The notes beneath the pieces were generated by a model that did not search any database, was not told the origin of the DNA, and saw nothing but the letters and a program-made list of their open reading frames with translations. Positions 44,927-52,462 of a stretch of 52,462 bases of DNA are shown one piece after another. How positions within the stretch are numbered: position 1 is the stretch's first letter; each line of letters opens with the position of its first letter. The position numbers and the translations under genes are program-made. Origin of the DNA: an uncultured Bacilli bacterium (lineage in GTDB: Bacteria; Bacillota_I; Bacilli_A; RF39; UBA660); NCBI GenBank assembly GCA_944363665.1, contig CALVUS010000001.1:1-52462 (forward strand). The letters run 5' to 3'.

Positions 44927-46711
44927 CTAATAACCTCCACCGTAGCCAAATGAGTCCAATTCTTCTTGAGTTATTAAAACTCTTATTTGCATTCTTTTAT
45001 TTCCACAAATAAATAATGCTTGTCCTTGTTCATAATATTTAATTGCTTGCTTTTCAGTTTCATTTAAATCTATTAATTTTGATAAATCTTCTACAGCTTG
45101 TTTTCTAAGTCCCATAACTATGTAGTAAGAAGCATTATCAAATATTGCTTTTCCATGTGTAATTATATTTGGTGCAGCAAAGTCTGTTGGTTGTTGAGTA
45201 ATAATAATTGTCCCTGTATTATATTTTCGACTACGACGTTGTATTTGAGCCAAAAATTCAGCTCCTAATTCATTGTGACCTGATAATAAAACATGTGCTT
45301 CATCAACCATCATAACAGTATTAACTGATTTATCTAGACATAGACCCCATGCATATTTTAAGACATTAAAGAACAATGCATTTTTAATGTTTTCATCACT
45401 ATTCATTAGTTCTTTTATATTAAATACTATAAAATCACTTTCAAAATGTAATGTAGTATGCCCAGTAAAATAATATCTAAGTTCTTTTACTAAAGGTCTA
45501 ATCTTAAGTTCTAGTCTTTCCATTACATCTCTTTCATGGGTTGCATCAGTCATTGATAACAGTCTTCCTCTAATTGTAGCATATACGTCATCAAATGTTG
45601 GATAATCAGCACTGGTAAGTTTAGTAAAATCCGTATCATAATCTATTTTATATCTTTTATATGTATCTTGTACAACTTCACTAAACATTGTTAATACATC
45701 ATCTTCTATACTTGGAGAATAATACTTCATAAATGCTTTTATTTGTTGAATTGTTCTAGTTAAAACGGTGTAACCTAATCCTTGAGCAATTTCATCTTCA
45801 TCAGCATCGATAACTATTTCGAGAGGATTAATCATACCAAACTCTCCACCTTTACCTAAATCGATAAAATCGCCACCAAAAGAATTTGTCATTTCTTCTA
45901 GCTCGCCTTCAGGGTCGACACATACAATCTTAAAACCATTTCTAATATGAGTTCTTAAAAGTACTTTGGCAGCTGTTGATTTACCACTACCTGACATACC
46001 AAGTAATATTAAATTAGCATTATTTCGATTATTTTCTTTTTGTATTTGGTATAAAAATTGATTAAATAATATAACTCCCCCAGATGCATCTACACCTAAA
46101 AGTGTAGCATTTCCTGGATCTTTAATATTATCAAATATAAAAGGATACATTGCAGCAATTGTAACTGAGGGAATCGGGGTTCCAATTCTATTTTCTATAT
46201 CTTGCGGAGGAAATATCGGAAGTATCGATTTTAATGCCTTTTCTTGTTCAAACATTAAAGATACTGCTCGCATTCCCATTGCATCTAAATAACTTCTCAC
46301 TTGAATTTTACGTAACTCTAATTCTTCTTTATTATCAGCTGTAATCATTAAATGCATTTGAAAATCAAATATTCTTGCTTGTGTTGCTGCAAGCATTTGA
46401 ATAAATTGTTCCAAAGACTCATAATCTTGACGTATTTTTTCTTGCATTGTTTGATCTTTTTCGCTTTGATAACGAACTTTTAAATCAGCAATTTCCTTGT
46501 TAAGCATTTTTTGTAATACTGAAAATTGAATCGGAATATGCTTTATTGCAACTTTTACACCATTAATATTTGTTAAATCTGACAAATATCCTGGTGGTAT
46601 ACTTCTTGGAAAAGCAATTACTGTCATAATAGTAGAATATTTACCACCAATAACAAATTCAGTTGGTTTAAACTCCATCCCTTTTGGAGCAACTTCACTT
46701 TTTAATTTCAT
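44927..46711 (-). CDS. virB4: VirB4-family conjugation ATPase, C-terminal (ATPase) part
   Basis: 594 aa; Walker A GMSGSGKST, Walker B MMVDEAH; begins at the ATG directly after the in-frame TAA that ends the preceding ORF. Confidence 0.85.
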   Translation of the reverse strand: MKLKSEVAPKGMEFKPTEFVIGGKYSTIMTVIAFPRSIPPGYLSDLTNINGVKVAIKHIPIQFSVLQKMLNKEIADLKVRYQSEKDQTMQEKIRQDYESLEQFIQMLAATQARIFDFQMHLMITADNKEELELRKIQVRSYLDAMGMRAVSLMFEQEKALKSILPIFPPQDIENRIGTPIPSVTIAAMYPFIFDNIKDPGNATLLGVDASGGVILFNQFLYQIQKENNRNNANLILLGMSGSGKSTAAKVLLRTHIRNGFKIVCVDPEGELEEMTNSFGGDFIDLGKGGEFGMINPLEIVIDADEDEIAQGLGYTVLTRTIQQIKAFMKYYSPSIEDDVLTMFSEVVQDTYKRYKIDYDTDFTKLTSADYPTFDDVYATIRGRLLSMTDATHERDVMERLELKIRPLVKELRYYFTGHTTLHFESDFIVFNIKELMNSDENIKNALFFNVLKYAWGLCLDKSVNTVMMVDEAHVLLSGHNELGAEFLAQIQRRSRKYNTGTIIITQQPTDFAAPNIITHGKAIFDNASYYIVMGLRKQAVEDLSKLIDLNETEKQAIKYYEQGQALFICGNKRMQIRVLITQEELDSFGYGGGY

Positions 46712-47278
46712 TTACATCACCGCCCCAAAGTTTGTTTGTTCGCCACCATTTAAGAAATTATCCAAAATAACTCTTAAATCGTTATTAGAAGCTTGTGTTG
46801 ATTGCAAACCAGCACTAGCAAGACCACTGATTAAATTATGAATTTTTTTCTGAACAAGCTCTAATCTTTTTTCTTTAAATAATATATAGTATTCAGTATC
46901 AACAACATTGTATTCAACACTTGTAAATAAATTTGCTTTATTTATATCTTGCATAATTAATTTTTTAATTGCATTATTTTGAGAATTATTATACATAAGC
47001 TGCAATTGTGATACATAAACATCAATATCAACAGGACGATCTGCAATAAGTAACCAAAACTCAAAATCAATACTATTATAAAAATTTCTTAAATTATAAA
47101 TAACATTATTTTGAGTTCCAGCATCTAAAATGAATATATTTCTTGGTGTTATTTTAACACCAGTAACATAAGATCCATCTTGTAATTGAATCATTCCATT
47201 TATTATTTGTCTTATAGGAAGCCAATCCTCTGTATAATTTTTACTATTATCAACTGCACTATTCAACTTCTGAGTCAT
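46712..47278 (-). CDS. virB4: VirB4 N-terminal domain encoded as a separate ORF
   Basis: 188 aa; DWLPIRQIINGMIQLQDGSYVTGVKITPRNIFILD resembles the N-termini of PrgJ/TcpF-type VirB4 proteins; same frame as and contiguous with 44927-46711. Confidence 0.6.
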   Translation of the reverse strand: MTQKLNSAVDNSKNYTEDWLPIRQIINGMIQLQDGSYVTGVKITPRNIFILDAGTQNNVIYNLRNFYNSIDFEFWLLIADRPVDIDVYVSQLQLMYNNSQNNAIKKLIMQDINKANLFTSVEYNVVDTEYYILFKEKRLELVQKKIHNLISGLASAGLQSTQASNNDLRVILDNFLNGGEQTNFGAVM

Positions 47279-47573
47279 ATTTCACACACCAACCTCTCCA
47301 ATAATATTTTCTAGGACTAAGTATAAACGTTATTACATTTATGATAAATTGTAAAACATTATGGTAATACATAACAGGTGTTACTAAGAAACCAGTTATT
47401 AATGCAGGAAGCAAAATGAGAACCATTTCTACTGCCGATGCCTGATTAACAAGTATTAATAATAGCAATGTAATACCACAACCAGAACCAAATAATATTA
47501 AATCGACTGGTGTAAAAAATCCTAGTATTAATTGCGATTTTTTAGAATTTGCAGGTATTATATAATTATTCAT
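47259..47573 (-). CDS. PrgI/TcpE-family (VirB3-like) small membrane protein
   Basis: 104 aa; two TM helices, C-terminal RKYYWRGW; sits immediately upstream of and overlapping virB4, as in Gram-positive T4SSs. Confidence 0.65.
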   Translation of the reverse strand: MNNYIIPANSKKSQLILGFFTPVDLILFGSGCGITLLLLILVNQASAVEMVLILLPALITGFLVTPVMYYHNVLQFIINVITFILSPRKYYWRGWCVKYDSEVE

Positions 47574-47591
47574 TCCTTTTTATCCTTTCTT

Positions 47592-49742
47592 TTATTTATT
47601 TCCTTCTTTTTGTTTCTTTTCTTGCACTAACTTAGCAATTTCCGTAGTTACATCACCATTCTTATTCTTAAATTGTTTATCATTATATAGAATTCCACCC
47701 ACAGAACTTTCAAGAGTTTTCTTAGCAGCTTCAATATCACTAAAATTATTTGTACTTAAAGCTTGATTAATTAAATCCAATTGAGTTTGATCAATATCTT
47801 TCATTGATAAAGAATTAACTAATTCATTATCAGCATGTTGTCTCTTATATGTTTCAAATTTTTCAAATTGTGCTGTGAATCTTCCATCTCCACTTTGCAA
47901 TTTTTCGTGTATAGCACGCATTGAAGCCAACTTCACAGCAGTATCATATTTTTCAATTTCTTGTGTTTTTGTAAATATTGCAGCTGCCTCGGCATTTTTA
48001 AAGACATTACCATCCTTATCTTTCAAAATAGCTCCATTACGTTTATCATAAACTTCACCATTAGCATTTAATTTATAGAAATTAGTATATTCTGATAAAT
48101 CTCTCTCTTGAGCAGATTTTTTTAAACCTTGATAAGCCATTACACTTTCATTATCTGAAACCAAATCAAACAAATCTTTTTTAAATCCCATACCTTCTTG
48201 ATAAATAGCTTGTTCAGCTTGTAAATGTTCAAGACTAGTATTTTTACCAGCCCATTGGCTTATACCATATTTCAAGTCATCAACATGGCCAGCACCAACA
48301 CTAATCGCTCCACCAACGAATGGAATTTTACCAACATTATGTCCAAAAACCGTTTGATTTTGATGACTAGCTTTATAAGCTGCTCTTTTAGCCTTAGCCG
48401 CTCCAGCTGCTGCGGCACCTTTACTAGCTGCACTACGAACATCGCCAAATTTCTTTGCACCTCGAGCAGTATAACCTGATCTCACAGCAGCAGAGCCAGC
48501 TCCACCAATAGCACTCTTTATTGAAGAGAATAATCCGCCACCAGCTGCTCTAGTAGCATTATAATTTCTAATTCCAGCAGTTACTAGACCTCCAGCCGCG
48601 GCTCCAGCAATTAATCCACCACCCATGGTAAGCTTATCCATAATACCAAGCTTCATACCGCCAGTATCAAGACCAAATAATTCTCCAATTAATTTTGGAC
48701 ATTGTCTTATAAATATAACTACTCCCATTATAAGTAATGCTTGAACTATTTGTTCTTGAGCAAATCCACCTAGTAGATCAAAATCAATAGTTGAAAAATT
48801 ATCAATTATTTTAGTTAATAATAATACACCAATGCACATTACACCAATGCGAATAAATACTTCTAAAAATAAACTTATTACTTGTTTAGTCCATTTTGAA
48901 AAGGTATCTTTTAATTTTCCACCAGGTAAAATTCGACATACAACTGGTATTGGAGCAATTATTTGATAAAAAGCAAGTTTAACAACCCTAACAGCCAAAT
49001 CAAAGCAAAATGATAAAAGCACATAAGCTAAAAACAATCCAGCTAATGTAGAAATAATAAACATATAATCTATCTGTCCTTCATTAACTGCCGATGCAAA
49101 AGATGAATAAGCTGAAAATGATCTTGTTCCACTATAAACCTGATTATCAACAGTCATTAAATCTTCCCCATCACTATTTGTAATAAAATTCTTACAATCA
49201 TCAGAAAGTGATCCATCCGTTCTTAAAGTGCCTACTGAATAATTATTTCCATCACTAGTACACCACTCCTCGCTTTCATGAAAAAAGGCTCGAAACGTAT
49301 AATAAGACATTTGTCCACCTGATTTTTCAATTGTATCAGTACTACTATTATCACCTAAAATTATTTTAAAAATTGTATTATTATTTAAAAATACATTTTG
49401 TATATTAAAAGCTACACTAAATACTGTAGGTAGTAAAATAATGATAATTAAAGAGGTTAAAATGTTTTTCACTAAATTTGGAAATGAGCTTTCTCCTTTA
49501 GCAAAACTGTCAGGATTTATTATAGCTTTTAGTAAAGAATAAGCTAAAATAAATAGCATTATTACTCCTAAAACAATATATATGCTTTGCACAATTTCTT
49601 CATAATCATTATTGCTAAAAATATTAATTTTTGCTAAAAAAAGAAATATTTCATAAAAATAGTTGACTAAATTGTAAACAATTCCATCTAAAATTAATAA
49701 AAGTGTATACACTCCTGTAATAAGTGTCCCTACTATGTCCAT
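47592..49742 (-). CDS. VirB6-like polytopic channel protein (PrgH/TcpH/ConG analog)
   Basis: 716 aa; at least 6 TM helices, a Gly/Ala-rich segment (GGGLIAGAAAGGLVTAG...) and a soluble C-terminal region of about 270 aa. Confidence 0.65.
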   Translation of the reverse strand: MDIVGTLITGVYTLLLILDGIVYNLVNYFYEIFLFLAKINIFSNNDYEEIVQSIYIVLGVIMLFILAYSLLKAIINPDSFAKGESSFPNLVKNILTSLIIIILLPTVFSVAFNIQNVFLNNNTIFKIILGDNSSTDTIEKSGGQMSYYTFRAFFHESEEWCTSDGNNYSVGTLRTDGSLSDDCKNFITNSDGEDLMTVDNQVYSGTRSFSAYSSFASAVNEGQIDYMFIISTLAGLFLAYVLLSFCFDLAVRVVKLAFYQIIAPIPVVCRILPGGKLKDTFSKWTKQVISLFLEVFIRIGVMCIGVLLLTKIIDNFSTIDFDLLGGFAQEQIVQALLIMGVVIFIRQCPKLIGELFGLDTGGMKLGIMDKLTMGGGLIAGAAAGGLVTAGIRNYNATRAAGGGLFSSIKSAIGGAGSAAVRSGYTARGAKKFGDVRSAASKGAAAAGAAKAKRAAYKASHQNQTVFGHNVGKIPFVGGAISVGAGHVDDLKYGISQWAGKNTSLEHLQAEQAIYQEGMGFKKDLFDLVSDNESVMAYQGLKKSAQERDLSEYTNFYKLNANGEVYDKRNGAILKDKDGNVFKNAEAAAIFTKTQEIEKYDTAVKLASMRAIHEKLQSGDGRFTAQFEKFETYKRQHADNELVNSLSMKDIDQTQLDLINQALSTNNFSDIEAAKKTLESSVGGILYNDKQFKNKNGDVTTEIAKLVQEKKQKEGNK

Positions 49743-49752
49743 TTTAACTCAC

Positions 49753-50205
49753 CTAACCAATTCCACATGTACCATATACACCAAGCAAACTCATAATAAA
49801 ATTTACTAATATTGGCAAGAAAAATAGTATAATGCAATATACAAATCTCAATCCAGTTGTCTTACCAGCTTTTTTTAATGCATCTTTGTCATTAGATACT
49901 ATAGCCTTCAAAAATTCAATTGTGCTTAAAACTAATAGTGCTGCAATAGCAATATATTTCATTATATCTAATACAAATTGGATCCAATAAGCCGGTTGTT
50001 GATCATTCCTTGGATCTCCAAGTATTCCTTCACAATCAAGACTTTCATATTCGGTAATATCTGAATCAACAACTTTTTCTACATAATTTTTAGATTCATT
50101 TATTGTATAATTTTCAAATACTGATGCACTTACTGTATTAGAAAAAGTAAAAAAAGATAAAAGTATTATAACACTTAGCAAAAATTTATTTTTAAAAATT
50201 GCCAT
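49753..50205 (-). CDS. VirB2/TrbC-like pilin-like protein, paralog C
   Basis: Signal peptide then two TM helices with an FLKAIVSNDKDALKKAGKTTG loop, paralogous to 11769-12122 and 12179-12532. Start taken at MAIFKNK (ATG 50205) after GGGAG. Confidence 0.55.
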   Translation of the reverse strand: MAIFKNKFLLSVIILLSFFTFSNTVSASVFENYTINESKNYVEKVVDSDITEYESLDCEGILGDPRNDQQPAYWIQFVLDIMKYIAIAALLVLSTIEFLKAIVSNDKDALKKAGKTTGLRFVYCIILFFLPILVNFIMSLLGVYGTCGIG

Positions 50206-50249
50206 TATAATCACTCCCATCTTTACTATTTGTGCAATTTCACACGTAA

Positions 50250-50278
50250 ATTATATCATTAATTTATTAATGTGACAA
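50250..50278 (-). promoter_or_regulatory. T4SS module promoter TTGTCA-N17-(TGa)TATAAT
   Basis: Minus strand: -35 = rc of 50273-50278, 17-nt spacer, extended consensus -10 = rc of 50250-50255. Confidence 0.55.
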
Positions 50279-50292
50279 TCCCTTTTCCACAT

Positions 50293-50323
50293 CAAAAAAC
50301 TCTATAAAAATTGATTTATAGAG
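50293..50323 (-). terminator. Rho-independent terminator of leuS
   Basis: CTCTATAAA / TTTATAGAG stem (50300-50308, 50315-50323) directly after the leuS stop, followed on the minus strand by TTTTTTG. Confidence 0.75.
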
Positions 50324-52462
50324 CTATTTAACTACAATATTTATTAATTTATTTGGTACAACAATAGTCTTAACTATATTTTTTCCATCAGTATAATTTT
50401 TTACGTTTTCTAAAGTCAATGCCTTTTGTTTTATTTCTTCTTCAGAAATTTCACCATTTGTCGGAATTTTACCTCTTATTTTACCATTTACTTGAACTAC
50501 TATTTCACAAATTTCTGCAATTATTTTACTTTCATCATAACTTGGCCACATCGATTCACAGATTGGCTTATAACCTAATTCTTCATTTAACTCTTCTGTG
50601 ATATGAGGAGCTATTGGATTAAGAAGGGTTAACAACAGTTGATAATCTTTTTTAGTTATATTTTTTTGATCATCATATGAATTAGCTAAAATCATAAGTG
50701 TTGAAATGGCTGTATTATAGGAAATATTTTGTAAATCATGATCTACTTTTTTGATACTTTTATTAATAATACTTTCTAATTTAGGAGAATATTCTTCACC
50801 AGCAATTACTTTATTTTTTAATCGTATTACTTTATCAATAAATCTTTTACATCCCTTTAATGAATCTGTACTCCATGGACAATCCATTTGATAATCCCCC
50901 ATAAATAATTCATAAGTTCTTAATGTATCAGCACCATATTCTTTCACAATATCATCAGGATTTATAACATTTCCTTTTGATTTACTCATTTTTTGATTAT
51001 CTGAACCTAAAACCATTCCGTGACTAACTCTCGTCCAAATCATTTCTTTATGTGGTACTAAACCGATATTATATAAAAATTGTACCCAAAATCTCGCATA
51101 AAGTAAGTGTCTAGCCGTATGTTCCATTCCACCATTATACCAATCGACTCTTCGCCAATACTTCATAGCATCCATTGATGCAAATTCTTTATTATTGTGT
51201 GGATCCATAAATCTTAAAAAATACCAACTTGACCCAGCCCAATTTGGCATAGTATCAGTTTCACGTTTTGCAGGTCCTCCACATTTAGGACAAGTTGTAT
51301 TAACCCAATCCGTAATTTTAGCAAGTGGACTTTCACCATTCTCAGTTGGTTCATATTCGGCAACATCAGGTAAAAGCAAAGGCAAATCTGCTTCATTCAT
51401 CGGTTGCCAGCCACATTTTTCACAATAAATCATTGGAATAGGTTCTCCCCAAAATCTTTGTCTTGAAAAAATCCAATCTCGCATTTTATAATTTATTTTT
51501 TTCTTACCACATTTATGCTTTTCTAAAAATTCTAGCATTTTATTTATGGCATCTTCTTTATTTAAACCATCTAAAAATCCCGAATTAATATGAATGCCAT
51601 CACCGGTATATGCTTCTTTAGAAATATCACTAGAATCAGAATATAATACTTGAATGATTGGAATATTGTATTTAATTGCAAATTCGTAGTCTCTCTCATC
51701 ATGGGCTGGAACAGCCATAATAGCACCAGTTCCATAACTAGCAAGAACATAATCGCTTATATAGATTGGAATTTTTTCTCCATTTACTGGATTTATGGCA
51801 TAAGCTCCCGTAAATACACCAGTTTTTTCCTTATTAAGTTCCGTTCTTTCCATTTCATTTTTTAATGTACAAGCCTTTTTATATGCTTCTACTTCTTCTT
51901 TTTTATCTTTAGTTGTAATTTTATTAACTAACTCTTGTTCTGGTGCTAAAACACAATATGTTGCTCCAAATAAAGTATCACATCTCGTTGTAAATACAGT
52001 AAATTCATAATCACTATTAGCTACTTTAAATATAACTTCTGCACCTATAGACTTACCAATCCAATTTATTTGGCCTAATTTTACTTTTTCGGCAAAATTA
52101 GTATCATCTAATCCCTTCAACAAATCTTCAGAATAATCACTCATTCTAAGCATCCATTGACTTTGCTCTTTTTGAACAACTTGAGTTCCACATCGCTCAC
52201 ATACTCCACCAGCAGCATCTTCATTAGATAAAACAGTTTTGCAATTTGGGCACCAATTAACTGGAGCAGTTGCCTTATATGCCATGCCATGTTTATAAAA
52301 CTGTAGAAATTGCCATTGTGTCCATTTGTAATATTCTGGATCAGTTGTGGAAAATTCTCTATCCCAATCAAATGAAAAACCTAAAGTTTGCATTTGTCTT
52401 TTAAAAGTCTTAATATTTTCTTTTACTGCTTCCTTAGGATGAATATGATTTTTTATTGCATA
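50324..52462 (-). CDS. leuS: Leucyl-tRNA synthetase (5' end outside the window)
   Basis: The frame stays open from M 52393 to the window edge (…YAIKNHIHPKEAVKENIKTFKRQ-MQTLGFSFDWDREF); KMSKS (QKMSKSKGN), CP1 editing region, Zn-binding CxxC pairs. Confidence 0.95.
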   Translation of the reverse strand, partial: YAIKNHIHPKEAVKENIKTFKRQMQTLGFSFDWDREFSTTDPEYYKWTQWQFLQFYKHGMAYKATAPVNWCPNCKTVLSNEDAAGGVCERCGTQVVQKEQSQWMLRMSDYSEDLLKGLDDTNFAEKVKLGQINWIGKSIGAEVIFKVANSDYEFTVFTTRCDTLFGATYCVLAPEQELVNKITTKDKKEEVEAYKKACTLKNEMERTELNKEKTGVFTGAYAINPVNGEKIPIYISDYVLASYGTGAIMAVPAHDERDYEFAIKYNIPIIQVLYSDSSDISKEAYTGDGIHINSGFLDGLNKEDAINKMLEFLEKHKCGKKKINYKMRDWIFSRQRFWGEPIPMIYCEKCGWQPMNEADLPLLLPDVAEYEPTENGESPLAKITDWVNTTCPKCGGPAKRETDTMPNWAGSSWYFLRFMDPHNNKEFASMDAMKYWRRVDWYNGGMEHTARHLLYARFWVQFLYNIGLVPHKEMIWTRVSHGMVLGSDNQKMSKSKGNVINPDDIVKEYGADTLRTYELFMGDYQMDCPWSTDSLKGCKRFIDKVIRLKNKVIAGEEYSPKLESIINKSIKKVDHDLQNISYNTAISTLMILANSYDDQKNITKKDYQLLLTLLNPIAPHITEELNEELGYKPICESMWPSYDESKIIAEICEIVVQVNGKIRGKIPTNGEISEEEIKQKALTLENVKNYTDGKNIVKTIVVPNKLINIVVK

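Larger units (their letters stand above)
40250..50205 (-). other. Gram-positive conjugation-type T4SS gene module (no relaxase or integrase in the window)
   Basis: Eight co-directional ORFs in the same order as prgH-I-J-K-L...pcfC of pCF10-class systems, bounded by a promoter at 50250-50278 and the rhodanese gene. Confidence 0.8.

Noticed and set aside
40201-50323. att-like direct repeats or other insertion boundaries flanking the T4SS module
   Set aside because: Comparing 40201-40249 with 50221-50323 by eye showed no convincing direct repeat. Both flanks are short AT-rich spacers holding a promoter or terminator, so element borders cannot be claimed.
1-52462. CRISPR arrays, tRNA or rRNA genes, transposases or IS elements
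   Set aside because: No regularly spaced direct repeats, no GC-rich structured RNA-like islands in the intergenic regions, and no DDE, serine or tyrosine recombinase-like ORFs were seen anywhere in the window.

Overview
This is a 52.5 kb chromosomal window from a very AT-rich, low-GC monoderm (Bacillota-like) bacterium. It uses the standard genetic code: TGA terminates gltX at 2970-2972 and Trp is TGG. Almost all genes lie on the minus strand. All calls come from reading motifs in the supplied translations and the DNA; no database or HMM search was possible.

Housekeeping genes:
- Left end: an S11 D-Ala-D-Ala carboxypeptidase, cysS, gltX, trxB, lgt and uvrA.
- Right edge: leuS, truncated by the window.
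- Middle: a mixed metabolic and stress block. It holds a MerR/AdhR-like regulator with flavodoxin and aldo-keto reductase targets, a GntR-ABC operon, add, a hypoxanthine-DNA glycosylase, a VanY-like peptidase, an M29 aminopeptidase, a Zn alcohol dehydrogenase, a NatAB-like ABC exporter, MscS, a TVP38/DedA protein and a rhodanese.

Two accessory loci stand out:
1. 11769-24338 is a 15-gene operon encoding a Tad/Flp-like type IV filament machine. It has a CpaF/TadA ATPase, TadB- and TadC-like platform proteins, two CpaB, a TadZ-like protein, two Cys-rich pilin-like proteins and two pseudopilin-like proteins. The operon begins with a tail-anchored protein and a 1194-aa Cys-rich secreted protein with a thioester-domain-like N-terminus, and ends with two VirB2/TrbC-like hairpin proteins. 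No prepilin peptidase is present.
2. 40250-50205 is a compact Gram-positive conjugation-type T4SS module. It encodes a VirB2-like protein, a VirB6-like protein, a PrgI/VirB3-like protein, VirB4 split by one in-frame TAA, a GH73 plus C39-like cell-wall hydrolase, a membrane-anchored protein and a VirD4 coupling protein. The window contains no relaxase, integrase or replication gene.

The VirB2-like protein of the T4SS module is a paralog of the two that close the Tad-like operon, so the two loci are linked at sequence level.

Several regulatory sites can be read directly from the sequence:
- two MerR-type promoters with 19-bp spacers;
- a LexA-box-like palindrome inside the uvrA promoter;
- a GntR operator;
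- internal and operon promoters, and multiple intrinsic terminators.

No rRNA gene, tRNA gene, CRISPR array or transposase was recognised.
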